From contig NZGE01000015.1 of NCBI GenBank assembly GCA_002689455.1, forward strand, positions 1-53,776: DNA of 53,776 nucleotides. The letters run 5' to 3'. The translations under genes and the position numbers were made by a program. Shown here one piece after another: positions 1-13,030 of the stretch. The stretch comes from Magnetococcales bacterium. GTDB taxonomy: Bacteria; Pseudomonadota; Alphaproteobacteria; UBA2136. Positions within the stretch are counted from its first letter, which is position 1; each line of letters begins with the position of its first letter. The notes below the pieces were generated by a model, which worked only from the letters and a program-made list of their open reading frames with translations, searched no databases and was not told where the DNA came from.

Positions 1-11
1 ATATATTAAAT

Positions 12-623
12 TTATTTTTCAGAAGATTCAGGACGTTGAACAAGAACCTCATCCACTAAGCCATATTTCTTAGCTTCTTCTGCTGTCATGAAGTAATCGC
101 GGTCCGTATCTCTAGAAATATCTTTCAATGATTTACCTGTGTTTTCAGACATAATTTTATTCAAACGTTCACGTAGTTCCAAAATTTCTTTTGCATGAAT
201 TTCAATATCAGAAGCCTGACCTTGGAAACCACCAAGTGGTTGGTGAATCATGATACGGGCACTTTCAAGTGCATAACGCTTACCTTTTGTACCAGCACTT
301 AATAAAAATGCGCCCATTGAACATGCCTGCCCCATGCAAATAGTTGCAATATTCGGACGAATATAACGCATTGTATCAAAAATAGCCAAACCAGCTGTTA
401 CGGAACCGCCTGGGCTGTTAATATATACAGAGATATCGGCTTTAGGGTCTTCAGACTCAAGAAAAAGAAGCTGAGCTACAATTAAGTTAGCCATATTATC
501 TTCAACCTGCCCGTTTAGGAAAATTACACGTTCCTTTAACAGTCTTGAAAAAATATCGTAAGATCTTTCACCTTTTGCTGTTTGTTCAACAACCATTGGA
601 ATTAAAGATGATTGAATTGTCAT
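12..623 (-). CDS. clpP: ATP-dependent Clp protease proteolytic subunit
   Basis: [25 protein letters not shown], catalytic GQACSMG (Ser), MIHQP (His), DRD (Asp). Confidence 0.98.
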   Translation of the reverse strand: MTIQSSLIPMVVEQTAKGERSYDIFSRLLKERVIFLNGQVEDNMANLIVAQLLFLESEDPKADISVYINSPGGSVTAGLAIFDTMRYIRPNIATICMGQACSMGAFLLSAGTKGKRYALESARIMIHQPLGGFQGQASDIEIHAKEILELRERLNKIMSENTGKSLKDISRDTDRDYFMTAEEAKKYGLVDEVLVQRPESSEK

Positions 624-733
624 AAACCCGAACTTTCTTTTTATTTAAATAACGAAAATAACATAACAGAATTACACCAATTGATACAACATAAACACAA
701 CTTATCAAGGCGTCTCATGTGTCATTAAAGCAA

Positions 734-758
734 AAAAACCTCCCATTGGGAGGTTTTT
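734..758. terminator. Intrinsic terminator hairpin
   Basis: AAAAACCTCCC-ATT-GGGAGGTTTTT, just downstream of the minus-strand small ORF. Confidence 0.8.
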
Positions 759-773
759 AATAAATTACAAACA

Positions 774-968
774 CTACATAATGCGTGCACGACCTTCATC
801 AGCTTCTTGCACTTCATGCATTTTAACATGGCTCATATTATCCAGCATAGAATTTGGTGATTTTAATTTTTGCTCATACTCACCAAACTCTCCCATATTG
901 TACTGCAAAGAAGAACCGTTTGCTTTAGCAAGCGCTTTTGGTAGTTTTACTTGAGTTAAAATATCCAT
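774..968 (-). CDS. Small hypothetical protein (64 aa, MDILTQVKLP...)
   Basis: 3' part of the 107-aa track ORF; ATG at 968 follows an AAGGTGA SD-like sequence and a terminator lies downstream. Confidence 0.55.
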   Translation of the reverse strand: MDILTQVKLPKALAKANGSSLQYNMGEFGEYEQKLKSPNSMLDNMSHVKMHEVQEADEGRARIM

Positions 969-1097
969 TTCATCACCTTTTAATGGTTTAAATTTCTTAT
1001 ATAATGTTCCAATTGTAGTTTTGTATACGAACTTTTGCAAGGACATTACGCTATTTTTTTTCAATAACGAACATACAGAATATAGACCGTGGCACAA

Positions 1098-1946
1098 TTA
1101 GCGCATGTTTTCTCTATATTTTGCAAAAGCATAGCACCCAACAACATCAATTGAATTTGTATGACTTTTAAGCTTATTTAAAGCTTCAATCATAGGCTTT
1201 TTCTGTGTATGCCCTTCTACATCTATAATAAAATGTGCTGTTTTAAAGTTTGAAGAATCCGTGTAGCTCTCAAGTTTCAGAAGGTTTAAACCCTTATCTG
1301 CAAAAACCTTCAAACAATCCAACAATGCAGAAGGTTTATTACTTACATCAAAAAGCAGTGTTGTTATATATTTTCCATTTTCGTTATAAGGCTGAAAATC
1401 CATTGTTTTCTTAAGAACAACAAACCGAGTTGTATTATTTTCTAAATCCTGAAAACCTTCTTTTAAAATTTCCATATCATATTCTTGTGCAGCATATGAT
1501 GATGCAATCGCAGCACATTCCATATTATCCATTTTTTTTACTTTGGTAACTGCCCCACCCGTATCGGCTGTAGACACACGAGAAAATCCGTGTTCATAAA
1601 CATTGTGTTCACATTGCATCAATGCTTGAGGATGTGAATATACAGTTTTAATATCATGAATATTAGCCCCCTTTAAACCTATTAAACAATGTTGAATGGG
1701 CAAAAAATCCTCAGCTACAATATAAAGAGGTTTACTTTTAAGAAGCAAATGTACATCTGCAACTCGACCCGCCGTTGAGTTTTCAATAGGGATCATAGCA
1801 CAGTCACATTCTTCGCTTATAACAGCATCAAAAGCTGCTTGAAATGAATCACAAGCAATTGCACTGACACTTTCACCAAAAAGTTCCTTAGATGCAATAT
1901 AAGAGTAAGCACCTTTAACACCTTGAAATGCAACCTTCATACTCAA
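1098..1946 (-). CDS. pheA: Prephenate dehydratase (stand-alone, PDT + ACT)
   Basis: VAFQGVKGAYS, PIENSTAG, SHPQALMQC, NNTTRF, NLLKLESY motifs. Confidence 0.95.
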   Translation of the reverse strand: MSMKVAFQGVKGAYSYIASKELFGESVSAIACDSFQAAFDAVISEECDCAMIPIENSTAGRVADVHLLLKSKPLYIVAEDFLPIQHCLIGLKGANIHDIKTVYSHPQALMQCEHNVYEHGFSRVSTADTGGAVTKVKKMDNMECAAIASSYAAQEYDMEILKEGFQDLENNTTRFVVLKKTMDFQPYNENGKYITTLLFDVSNKPSALLDCLKVFADKGLNLLKLESYTDSSNFKTAHFIIDVEGHTQKKPMIEALNKLKSHTNSIDVVGCYAFAKYRENMR

Positions 1947-1959
1947 GTCCTTTTTGCGA

Positions 1960-4470
1960 TTAGAATAGCTCTGCTATTTTTTCTGGTCTATTAGGTTTAC
2001 CAAGTGCAAATCCTTGCACGTTTTCTATACCAATATTCTGAAGGAACCTAATCTGGTCTTCAGTTTCAACACCTTTAGCAATAAGGTCAATATTTAATTT
2101 ATCTGCAAGTTTTGCTAACGATAAAAGAGTATTTTTATCTTCATTACTATTCATAGCGCTTTGAACAATTGCATTTGAAACCTTAAACCCGGATAATGGA
2201 ATATCACCCAACTGCTGAAGCGATGTATGACCTGCCCCCAAATCATCAATATAAATCAAGAAACCTAGGTTTGAGAGTTGTTTAAGTTTTTCTATCATGC
2301 TTTCATCTGCATCCACTATCATAGACTCTGGCAATTCAAGCGCTACAGACGAAGCGGGTATATTTCCATGCTCAAAAGCCTTAACAACACGTTTTACAAG
2401 ACTTTCATCCTTTAACTGCCTTGGTGATAGGTTCATTGAAAACACAACTTTATCCGATGACATCTCTTGCCACTTTTTAGCTCTCGTTGCAATTGTTCCT
2501 AAAACAAATTCACCAATTGGCAAGATCATACCTGTATTTTCTGCAATACTTAAAAACTGCCTAGGCTGCAGAAGACCTGCTTGAGGGTGCTTCCACCTTA
2601 CTAACGATTCAACACTTTTAACCGTTTTAGTTTTTAAGTTCATCACAGGCTGTAAAAATACTTCAATTTCATCTTTTTGAAGTGCAGTTCGAATATGGCT
2701 CTCAAGTTCACGCTGTGTAACACCTGTACCATTAGCATCAACAGACTCTGGTTTATGAAGCTCCCCAGCTTCAGCTTGAGCATTCTTTTCATCGGTATAA
2801 AAATTCGCTTGGTTTTTACCACCTTCTTTAGACCAGTACATAGCTGTATCAGCTTTTTTCATAAGCTCGGCACTAGTACTACCATCAGTTGGATACATAC
2901 TAATACCAATACTTGTAGAAACGTAAACATCGTGGTTTCCAAGTTTAAACACTTCGTTAATACTCTTAATAATTTTTTGTGCAACGTGCATTGCATCTTC
3001 TTCAGAATTAACACCATTTAAAATAACTGTGAACTCATCACCACCTAGTCGAGCAATTGTATCTGTATCACGCACACAAGCTTTCAACCTTGTGGCAACT
3101 TCTTTAAGCAGCATGTCCCCAATGTCGTGACCCAAGTTATCGTTAATACCCTTAAATCCGTCCAAATCAAGGAAAAAAAGTGCGACTTTACCTAAGTTCC
3201 TGTATGCATGCGCTAGTGACATTGTTAAACGGTCATAAAATAGCTGACGGTTTGGTAAACCTGTTAAAATATCGTGGTAAGCAAGCTTATGCTCACGCTC
3301 ACGTTGTTGTTCAATCTTCTCTTTATCGTGATGTAATTCAGTAATAATTGTCGCATACATCACAAAACCTTGAATTTTGTCGCCCACACCCCAAGGTGAA
3401 AGTTCCCACTGAACCATTTCATCTTTGCCATTTAAATGGAATGGCATTCCTTCACTTCTAACCACTTTACCTTCAACAAGCTGACCCTCTAGTGCAGGCC
3501 ACTTACCTGGTAACCGTGGAAGTAATGCTTTATGATTTTGACCAACCAATGTTTCACCTTTCATCATAAAGGCTTCTTTCCATTGTTTAGTAACCATTAG
3601 GTAGTTCCACTGTCTATCCATAATTGCAATAGCAAATGGGGAAGATTCTGAAAGTGATGAAACCATTGCATCACTCATTTTACGAAGGTTTTCAGGTGTT
3701 TTATCGGCTGTAATATCACGCATATAAACATATGCTGTATCACCCCCTGTTGGATAAACACGCACCTGAATCCATCTGTTAATACTTTCAAAATGAAGTT
3801 CTTTTTGCCATGTTAATTTTTTAGATATTGCATCTTGCACACAAAGCGATAAACCAGAAGCATGATAATCTGGAATAAACGCCTCAACTGGTTGCTGTGA
3901 ATAATGCCTTAATGATTTTGGTGTTTTATTCCATTTTGCCAGAAACTGAACCGCAACACGATTAAGATGGTGGAACCTCTCATCTTTGTTAATCACCATA
4001 AAACCTTCAGTCAATTGATCATGCATCTGATTTAAATGATCTTCAGATTTTTCAAGCTGCATTAAAGCATCTTTTTTACGTTGACGCTCTTGAAGAATCA
4101 CACGACGACCCTGTTCAACACGATCAATCAAGTCCTTCACCATAATTCGACGACTAAAAGCCATAATCCATACTAAAAAAACAGAAAATATAAAAACAGG
4201 AATAGATAAAAATGATTTATCTTGCGAGAGAATTTTCATGTAAAGGTCATACTTGACATAAGCCTTACTAAGAATATTTTTATCGGTTAAACGATCAAGC
4301 TGTAAATGATAATCTTCAACAGCAAGCTTTTGAACCTGTGTAGGATTCACTAAAGCAACTTCAATTGAGGTAACAAGCCCTGCAATACTTGCAATAATCC
4401 CAATCACAAAAAAAAGTGCCAGCATAAACCCGCTTGCTTTGCGTACAGAAACCTCTTTAACCTTTGACAT
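1960..4470 (-). CDS. Membrane-anchored PAS-PAS-GGDEF-EAL protein (EAL probably degenerate)
   Basis: Two N-terminal TM segments, PAS-like regions, HDILTGLPNR, DLDGFK, RLGGDEF; EAL domain reads ESLVRW, DDLGAG, IAKGVET. Confidence 0.92.
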   Translation of the reverse strand: MSKVKEVSVRKASGFMLALFFVIGIIASIAGLVTSIEVALVNPTQVQKLAVEDYHLQLDRLTDKNILSKAYVKYDLYMKILSQDKSFLSIPVFIFSVFLVWIMAFSRRIMVKDLIDRVEQGRRVILQERQRKKDALMQLEKSEDHLNQMHDQLTEGFMVINKDERFHHLNRVAVQFLAKWNKTPKSLRHYSQQPVEAFIPDYHASGLSLCVQDAISKKLTWQKELHFESINRWIQVRVYPTGGDTAYVYMRDITADKTPENLRKMSDAMVSSLSESSPFAIAIMDRQWNYLMVTKQWKEAFMMKGETLVGQNHKALLPRLPGKWPALEGQLVEGKVVRSEGMPFHLNGKDEMVQWELSPWGVGDKIQGFVMYATIITELHHDKEKIEQQREREHKLAYHDILTGLPNRQLFYDRLTMSLAHAYRNLGKVALFFLDLDGFKGINDNLGHDIGDMLLKEVATRLKACVRDTDTIARLGGDEFTVILNGVNSEEDAMHVAQKIIKSINEVFKLGNHDVYVSTSIGISMYPTDGSTSAELMKKADTAMYWSKEGGKNQANFYTDEKNAQAEAGELHKPESVDANGTGVTQRELESHIRTALQKDEIEVFLQPVMNLKTKTVKSVESLVRWKHPQAGLLQPRQFLSIAENTGMILPIGEFVLGTIATRAKKWQEMSSDKVVFSMNLSPRQLKDESLVKRVVKAFEHGNIPASSVALELPESMIVDADESMIEKLKQLSNLGFLIYIDDLGAGHTSLQQLGDIPLSGFKVSNAIVQSAMNSNEDKNTLLSLAKLADKLNIDLIAKGVETEDQIRFLQNIGIENVQGFALGKPNRPEKIAELF

Positions 4471-4617
4471 TTTGGCTACCTACCCTTGTCTTTTTTATTG
4501 TTTTTCACCAATTCTTTTATACAATTCACACGAATTAGCTGGTAAGAACTCTAAAAACATCTTACATTATATTAATGTAAAGTGCCACGAAGAAACACAT
4601 AGGAAAATAAAAATAAT

Positions 4618-6723
4618 ATGTTTAAAAACCTAAAACTACTTTGGCTTTTTGTTTTAACACAAATATTTATCACCACAGGGTCAGCACATGCGTTTGACCC
4701 AACAGCACACCTTCAAGCTGAAATTGTAAGCAAGCAAGAAACGCTTCATACGTCGGAACCGTTTGAAATTGGTGTAGCATTCCGCATTGATCCAGGCTGG
4801 CACATATACTGGGATAATGCAGGTGATTCAGGTTATAAAACAAGCATCGAATGGACCTTTGATAAAAAAGTTAAAATCCTAAAAGAAAACGTAACACCAA
4901 CCCCTGAAGTGTTTAACAGTGACGGTATTGTGGACTATGGTTTTAAACGTAACGTACTATATAGCACAACAGCCCAATTAGAAGATGACCCAAAAGCCTT
5001 TTCAATTTTCGTAGAAGCCGATATTAAATACCTTATTTGTAAAGACATTTGTCTACCAGGTGAAACCAAAATTTCAAAAGCATTCACACTTGGTACAGAC
5101 AATGAACCTTCTATAAATGCAGGTATGTTCCTGATTCAAGAAGAGCGTTTAGCCAAAGAAGATGAAAGCTTAACCATTTCCTCAATCGTTGAAGGTGATA
5201 ACTACAAAATTCTCATTGACGGTTTAACCAACCCAGAAAAAATTCACTTCATTCCTCAACACGAAGGCATGATTGTTGATAGTGCAGAGCAAGCGTTATC
5301 AACATCAGGTACAACCACAGTCCTTTCAATTGAAAAAGATACTAAAAGTAAAAAAGAATTTACCGAACTTGAAGGTATTTTAAATGTTGATGAAAAACAT
5401 TTTGTAAAAGTAAAAACCACACCCGAATTCAAACAAGAAATCACAGTAACCCTTCCAACTGAAGTGTCACCAACTGAAGTTAAAACATATACAGTTGAAG
5501 AGGTTAAAACAGACAAAACACTTCAATTAACCCTTCTGTTTGCATTTTTAGGTGGTTTAGTCCTTAACTTAATGCCATGCGTATTACCTGTACTATCATT
5601 AAAAGCCCTAAGCTTACTACACCATGCAAACCATAAGCTAAGTTGGTGGTATGGTTTAGTTTACACCGCAGGTATTATGGCTACCTTTATAGGCTTTGCC
5701 TTTATTATGGTATTTTTCAAACAAAATGGCCACGAAGTAGGTTGGGGCTTCCAGCTTCAGTCTCCTGTTTTTGTTGCAACCCTTTCACTCATTATTATGA
5801 TGGTAGGTTTACAGCTTTCAGGCGTGTTCCATATTGGAACGTCACTCGGTCGCTTACAAAACCTTGTTTCAGGCCATGGTACAATTTCAACATTGTTTAG
5901 CGGTATGCTTATTACATTAGTTGCAACACCATGCACAGCACCGTTTATGGCAGCCGCAGTTGCATTCGCCTTAACCCAACCAAGTGAAATTACTTACCTT
6001 ACCTTTGGTGCCATGGGATTAGGTTTAGCATTTCCTTACCTTGCAATGACATTCATGCCATTTTTACTACGCTTATTGCCAAAACCTGGCGCTTGGGAAA
6101 TCACCTTCCAAAATTTCCTTGCATTCCCAATGTATGCTACTGTTTTATGGTTGGTTTGGGTTTATGGTCAACAAACCTCTATGATAGACCTTTTTAAACT
6201 TATTATTGCTTTATTTGTTGTAAGTTTTGGTGTTTGGGTTTTTGGAAAAACAAATGTTTTAAGCGCACGCTTTATTAAAAAAATTGTTGGATATCTATTC
6301 CTGATTGCAAGCTTACTTTACTTTTACTTTAACGCCGGTGTGTTTGATGAATATGTTAAAAAGTACATCCCTCAATCAAACATCAGCATTGAATGGAACG
6401 AGTGGTCTATTCATGAAATTGAGAAAGGATTGTCTGAAGGTCGCCCTGTATTTGTTAACTTTACTGCCGATTGGTGTATCACATGTAAAGTAAACGAACT
6501 TACAACATTTAAAAGCGAAGCTGCTGCAAAATTTGTAGAGTCAAAAGGTATTTTAATGCTGAAAGCGGATTGGACAATGAAAGATGAGAGCATCCGTAAG
6601 GAACTTCAAAAGCATGGTCGTTACGGTGTACCGTTATATTTAATGTACACACCAGAAAACCCTGCAACACCAAAAGTTTTGGAGCAAGTTCTTACATTAG
6701 ATAAATTCAAAAAGTCACTGTAA
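4618..6723 (+). CDS. dsbD: DsbD-family thiol:disulfide interchange protein
   Basis: Signal peptide, PGWHIYW, CKDIC, TM domain with LMPCVLP and ATPCTAP, C-terminal thioredoxin FTADWCITC. Confidence 0.9.
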   Translation: MFKNLKLLWLFVLTQIFITTGSAHAFDPTAHLQAEIVSKQETLHTSEPFEIGVAFRIDPGWHIYWDNAGDSGYKTSIEWTFDKKVKILKENVTPTPEVFNSDGIVDYGFKRNVLYSTTAQLEDDPKAFSIFVEADIKYLICKDICLPGETKISKAFTLGTDNEPSINAGMFLIQEERLAKEDESLTISSIVEGDNYKILIDGLTNPEKIHFIPQHEGMIVDSAEQALSTSGTTTVLSIEKDTKSKKEFTELEGILNVDEKHFVKVKTTPEFKQEITVTLPTEVSPTEVKTYTVEEVKTDKTLQLTLLFAFLGGLVLNLMPCVLPVLSLKALSLLHHANHKLSWWYGLVYTAGIMATFIGFAFIMVFFKQNGHEVGWGFQLQSPVFVATLSLIIMMVGLQLSGVFHIGTSLGRLQNLVSGHGTISTLFSGMLITLVATPCTAPFMAAAVAFALTQPSEITYLTFGAMGLGLAFPYLAMTFMPFLLRLLPKPGAWEITFQNFLAFPMYATVLWLVWVYGQQTSMIDLFKLIIALFVVSFGVWVFGKTNVLSARFIKKIVGYLFLIASLLYFYFNAGVFDEYVKKYIPQSNISIEWNEWSIHEIEKGLSEGRPVFVNFTADWCITCKVNELTTFKSEAAAKFVESKGILMLKADWTMKDESIRKELQKHGRYGVPLYLMYTPENPATPKVLEQVLTLDKFKKSL

Positions 6724-6855
6724 TAATTAAAAAATTATACGGGCAAACAATAAGTGCTTATGCCTATTTTTTAGGCATGGCACTTGTCTTTTATCATACT
6801 TTTTGTTTACCATAGCAGACGCAAAATATATTAAAAACAAATCACAGGTGTATTT

Positions 6856-8274
6856 ATGAAAGAATTTGAATCGCAGCTATTAAGCTTTTTTGGTGAGATT
6901 AGTGCCTTTTTATGGGGATGGCCACTACTTTTACCTTTAGTTATAACGGGTATTATTTACACCATTGGCTTAAAAGGGATTCAATTCACAGGCTTAAAAA
7001 AAGCCCTCACACTTACATTTTTCAGTAAAAAAGGTGACAGCTCAGACGGTGACGGTGACATTTCCCACTTTCAAGCACTAATGACAGCTTTAAGTGCCAC
7101 AGTAGGTACAGGTAACATTGCAGGTGTTGCAACAGCTGTAACAATGGGTGGTCCCGGGGCAATTTTTTGGATGTGGTTGACAGGATTAATTGGTATGGCG
7201 ACAAAATATGCCGAAGCAACACTGGGTGTACACTACCGTGAAAAACATGCAAACGGTGAATATTCAGGTGGTCCAATGTACTATATCGTCCACGGACTTT
7301 CTAAAAAGTGGCATATACTCGCTTACGCATTTGCATTCTTTTTATTTATTGCTGCCCTTGGTATTGGCAACATGGTTCAAAGTAATTCAATTGCAGATGT
7401 GATGGAATCAACCTTCCATATACAACCTTGGATCACAGGTGTAGCAGTTGCTTTATTTGCAGGATTGGTGGTTTTAGGTGGAATTAAGCGTATTGCGGAT
7501 GTTGCGTCTAAAATCGTTCCTTCTATGATTGTTATCTACGTAACTGCTGGTATTACAATTTTAGTGATGAATGCCGACATGATTGACGATGTATTCGCCC
7601 TTATTTTTAACGACGCTTTTGATAGTATTGATGCGCTTTTAGGTGGTGTTATTGGCGATGTTGTAAGTAAAGGTGTAGGTAGGGGAGTATTCTCAAATGA
7701 ATCAGGTCTTGGTAGTGCCCCTATTGTTGCCGCAGCAGCTAAAACCGACCACCCTGTATCGCAAGCACTTGTATCAATGACTCAAACATTCATCGACACA
7801 ATTATTGTATGTACATTCACAGGGCTTATTATTGTTATGTCAGGTGAAGCTGCAAATGTAGATGTGGGTGGCGCTGCCCTAACAGGTTCCGCCTTTAGTG
7901 CTGGCTTTAACCATGCAATGTTTATGGGGTATGAAATTGGTGAGCTTATCATTAGTATCACACTTATGTTCTTTGTATTCTCAACCATTATTGGCTGGTA
8001 TTACTATGGTGAAAAAGGCTTTGCATTCTTATTTAAAGATGAAAAAATTGTTTACTACAAGGTGCTATTCCTTGCGATTAGTTTCTTTGGTGCCATTATT
8101 ACAGTTGAACTTGCATGGACACTTGCAGAAGTCTTCACAGCCCTTATGATTTTACCAAACGTGATTGCGCTGATTATGTTGAATGGTAAAGTAAGACAAC
8201 TTACAACAGATTACTTTAAGAACCATCTAAGTGGTGGAAAATATGAAGTAAAACCTTTCCATAATGAAAATTAA
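6856..8274 (+). CDS. Alanine/glycine:cation symporter (AGCS family)
   Basis: ATVGTGNIAGVA, GGPGAIFWMW, GGPMYY, FSNESGLGSAP motifs. Confidence 0.95.
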   Translation: MKEFESQLLSFFGEISAFLWGWPLLLPLVITGIIYTIGLKGIQFTGLKKALTLTFFSKKGDSSDGDGDISHFQALMTALSATVGTGNIAGVATAVTMGGPGAIFWMWLTGLIGMATKYAEATLGVHYREKHANGEYSGGPMYYIVHGLSKKWHILAYAFAFFLFIAALGIGNMVQSNSIADVMESTFHIQPWITGVAVALFAGLVVLGGIKRIADVASKIVPSMIVIYVTAGITILVMNADMIDDVFALIFNDAFDSIDALLGGVIGDVVSKGVGRGVFSNESGLGSAPIVAAAAKTDHPVSQALVSMTQTFIDTIIVCTFTGLIIVMSGEAANVDVGGAALTGSAFSAGFNHAMFMGYEIGELIISITLMFFVFSTIIGWYYYGEKGFAFLFKDEKIVYYKVLFLAISFFGAIITVELAWTLAEVFTALMILPNVIALIMLNGKVRQLTTDYFKNHLSGGKYEVKPFHNEN

Positions 8275-8278
8275 AACT

Positions 8279-8300
8279 AGCCTCCGTTTGGAGGCTTTTT
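8279..8300. terminator. Terminator between convergent symporter gene and ftsB
   Basis: AGCCTCC-GTTT-GGAGGCT followed by a T-run. Confidence 0.75.
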
Positions 8301-8610
8301 ATTTTAAGAAAATAACCGTTTCATTTTTATGAACACGTGGTAGGTTTTTTCTGATTTGTTCATCTAAATAATCGGGGTCAAAGCTTTCAGCCTTTAACCG
8401 TTTAATTTTAACATCTGTAAGACTTACTTGCTCGGCTAACGCATTATTTTGCGTTTCAATGTCCCTTACTTGCGTTTTAAGGTCATACCAAACCATAGCA
8501 CCATGGTTACCTGTCATCATTTGGTAATAACTGTAAAATAAAATCAGCAAAAATATAAAGGGAACCAGAAGCTTGTGAAAGCGATTCTTAAGTTCCCTAA
8601 ATAAACGCAT
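8299..8610 (-). CDS. ftsB: Septum formation initiator (FtsB/DivIC family)
   Basis: N-terminal TM, GNHG, coiled coil, DPDYLDEQIRKNL; canonical position after eno. Confidence 0.85.
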   Translation of the reverse strand: MRLFRELKNRFHKLLVPFIFLLILFYSYYQMMTGNHGAMVWYDLKTQVRDIETQNNALAEQVSLTDVKIKRLKAESFDPDYLDEQIRKNLPRVHKNETVIFLK

Positions 8611-8631
8611 TTATATATTACCTTTATAAGT

Positions 8632-10805
<2,174 letters not shown>

Positions 10806-10844
10806 TTTTAATATCCTTTACCTTATAAAAAAATTATAGCGAAC

Positions 10845-11435
10845 TTATGCTTCACCTACAAAACCTGAATAATTATTAAAATCAAAGCCCATGGTTTCAG
10901 CTGCGGCTCCAAACCTTTCATCTACTGGTGTATCGAAGAGAACTTCTGTTGTTGCAGGCACAACAATCCAGTCATGTTCAGCAATTTCCTCTTCCAGCTG
11001 AAGCGGGCTCCAACCACTATATCCCATACAAAGGTTGTATTTTTTAGGACCTTTGCCTTTGCAAATATCTTCAATAATTTTAGCCGTAGAACTTAAATAA
11101 AAATCGGGTGTTAATTCTATTGTACCTTCTGCTTTATAGTCATTTGAATGGAGAACTAGGCCTTTTTCAATTTCCACAGGCCCACCCGCAAGCAAACTTG
11201 GCCATTCTTTAACATCTTCTGTTTTAATATGAATTTCGTTAAATAGGCTATCCAAAATATCATCAAAACTCATTTCAATCATCTCTTGGTTTACAACCAA
11301 ACCTAATGTCATATCAGGTTCATGTGTACAAATAAAAACCAAGGCATCTTCAAAGTAGCTATCTGCCAAATTTTCTGTCGCCATAACAAAATGGCCAGAC
11401 AAGTTACTAATTACTCTATTTGATTTTTCAGTCAT
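10845..11435 (-). CDS. YqgE/AlgH family protein
   Basis: GLVVN, GGPVE, GYSGWSPLQLEEEI motifs. Confidence 0.92.
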   Translation of the reverse strand: MTEKSNRVISNLSGHFVMATENLADSYFEDALVFICTHEPDMTLGLVVNQEMIEMSFDDILDSLFNEIHIKTEDVKEWPSLLAGGPVEIEKGLVLHSNDYKAEGTIELTPDFYLSSTAKIIEDICKGKGPKKYNLCMGYSGWSPLQLEEEIAEHDWIVVPATTEVLFDTPVDERFGAAAETMGFDFNNYSGFVGEA

Positions 11436-11881
11436 TATATATTTTCTACTTTTAATTTCGCTTCCTCTGAACCTTTAACGGCTAATGAGTCTGCACGCTC
11501 ATTCCCTTCAATACCACTATGACCTTTAACCCATTGCCACGATACTGAGTGTTTAGCAAGTTCAGCGTCTAACTCTTGCCAAAGGTCAGCATTTTTTAAA
11601 CCGCCCTTTTTGGTCCAACCCTTTTTCTTCCAACCTTCCATCCATTGCATGGCACCATCCATTACATACTTCGAGTCGGTATATATTTCAACAGGCATAT
11701 GCCTTGTAATCGCTTTCAAACCTTCAATAACAGCTTTTAGCTCCATGCGATTATTCGTTGTTTCTGTTTCACTTCCATAAAGTTCTTTTTCATGCCCTTT
11801 ATAACTTAAAACAACGCCCCAACCACCTGGGCCTGGGTTACCACTACATGCACCATCTGTATATAGAATCACTTTGTTCAA
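11435..11881 (-). CDS. rnhA: Ribonuclease HI
   Basis: [41 protein letters not shown]. Confidence 0.98.
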   Translation of the reverse strand: MNKVILYTDGACSGNPGPGGWGVVLSYKGHEKELYGSETETTNNRMELKAVIEGLKAITRHMPVEIYTDSKYVMDGAMQWMEGWKKKGWTKKGGLKNADLWQELDAELAKHSVSWQWVKGHSGIEGNERADSLAVKGSEEAKLKVENI

Positions 11882-11896
11882 CGTTAGCCTTATATC

Positions 11897-12838
11897 TTAA
11901 AGTTGTTGGTGGTAACTTAGGCGTTTTTGCCAATTTTGAAAAGGTCTTTGTGCTCCCAAATTCTTTTTATCGCCCTTGATTTCATCATAAAGTCTTGTAG
12001 CCATAAAGCGAAGCGCTGCAAGCCTAAGCATATCAGGCAATGCCTTTCTTTCTAATTCGGTCAATTCTCGTCTATGCAAATAACCTTCTAAAAAGCTGTT
12101 ATAATGTACTTCTGAAAACTCACCTTTTATAAAACCCCAAGCATTTAAAGCAATAGCAAGATCATAAACAAAGTAATCGACACAAGAAAACCAAAAGTCT
12201 ATCACACCACTTACAAAATTCTCGGTAAACAATACATTATCTTTAAAATAATCCGCGTGAATAAAGCCTGTTGGCAAGCCTTTATGGTATAAACTTTTTT
12301 GATATTGAATTTCTTCATTGACCATTTTAACTGCATGCTTGTGGTCATCTGTCAGGTTTTCTGATTTAATCTCATAAATCAATTCACAAATGCTGGGTAA
12401 ATCAACAGCATTGTCAATTTGAGGCGTTTGAATTGTTAATGAAGTTGTGTGAATATTCGCTAAAGTTTTACCCGCTGAAAAGCATTGTAAGTCAGAAGGT
12501 TCGTCAATATCATCACCGTCCATAAATGTTTGTAAAATACATGTTTTACCATTTTCAAGCTTAAAGCGTCTTTGCCCTGTGTGCGCCGCAATAATACGCG
12601 GGCAAATAATATTTTCTTCTGAAAGCCTGCACATCATATCCAATATAAATGGGATACTTTCTTGTTCTACACGCCCTTCAAATATCGTTAAAATATATTT
12701 TTCTTTATCTGTTTCAATAAAGTAATTTGTATTTTCAGTGCCTTTGTGAATGCCTATAGCTTGTTTTAATGAAGAAATAGAAAAATGAGAAAGAATTTCC
12801 ACAATTTCAGATTCCGTCAACTGAGTAAAAACCGCCAT
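11897..12838 (-). CDS. thrB: Homoserine kinase type II (APH-like)
   Basis: MAVFT start, GTENTNY, YILTIFE, IHADYFKDNV, IDF, LRFMATRLYD; thrB-rnhA order typical of Alphaproteobacteria. Confidence 0.9.
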   Translation of the reverse strand: MAVFTQLTESEIVEILSHFSISSLKQAIGIHKGTENTNYFIETDKEKYILTIFEGRVEQESIPFILDMMCRLSEENIICPRIIAAHTGQRRFKLENGKTCILQTFMDGDDIDEPSDLQCFSAGKTLANIHTTSLTIQTPQIDNAVDLPSICELIYEIKSENLTDDHKHAVKMVNEEIQYQKSLYHKGLPTGFIHADYFKDNVLFTENFVSGVIDFWFSCVDYFVYDLAIALNAWGFIKGEFSEVHYNSFLEGYLHRRELTELERKALPDMLRLAALRFMATRLYDEIKGDKKNLGAQRPFQNWQKRLSYHQQL

Positions 12839-13030
12839 TTCAAGTGCTTAACCTATATTCAATTTATGAGTTATTTACTATAACTTAAACCACCTTCTTA
12901 TGCCACCCTTAAATACATTAAATACGCTAAAAACCCATAAGAATATTAGCTTATAGATTAATTAAAGTTAACATTGCAAAAATACGCATATTTTGGCATA
13001 TTCTAAGCATTAAAACGAAAGAAGTAGAAA

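Noticed and set aside
12982-12989. ATACGCAT upstream of hemL as a regulon site
   Set aside because: A single 8-mer is expected about twice by chance in a window of this size and composition.
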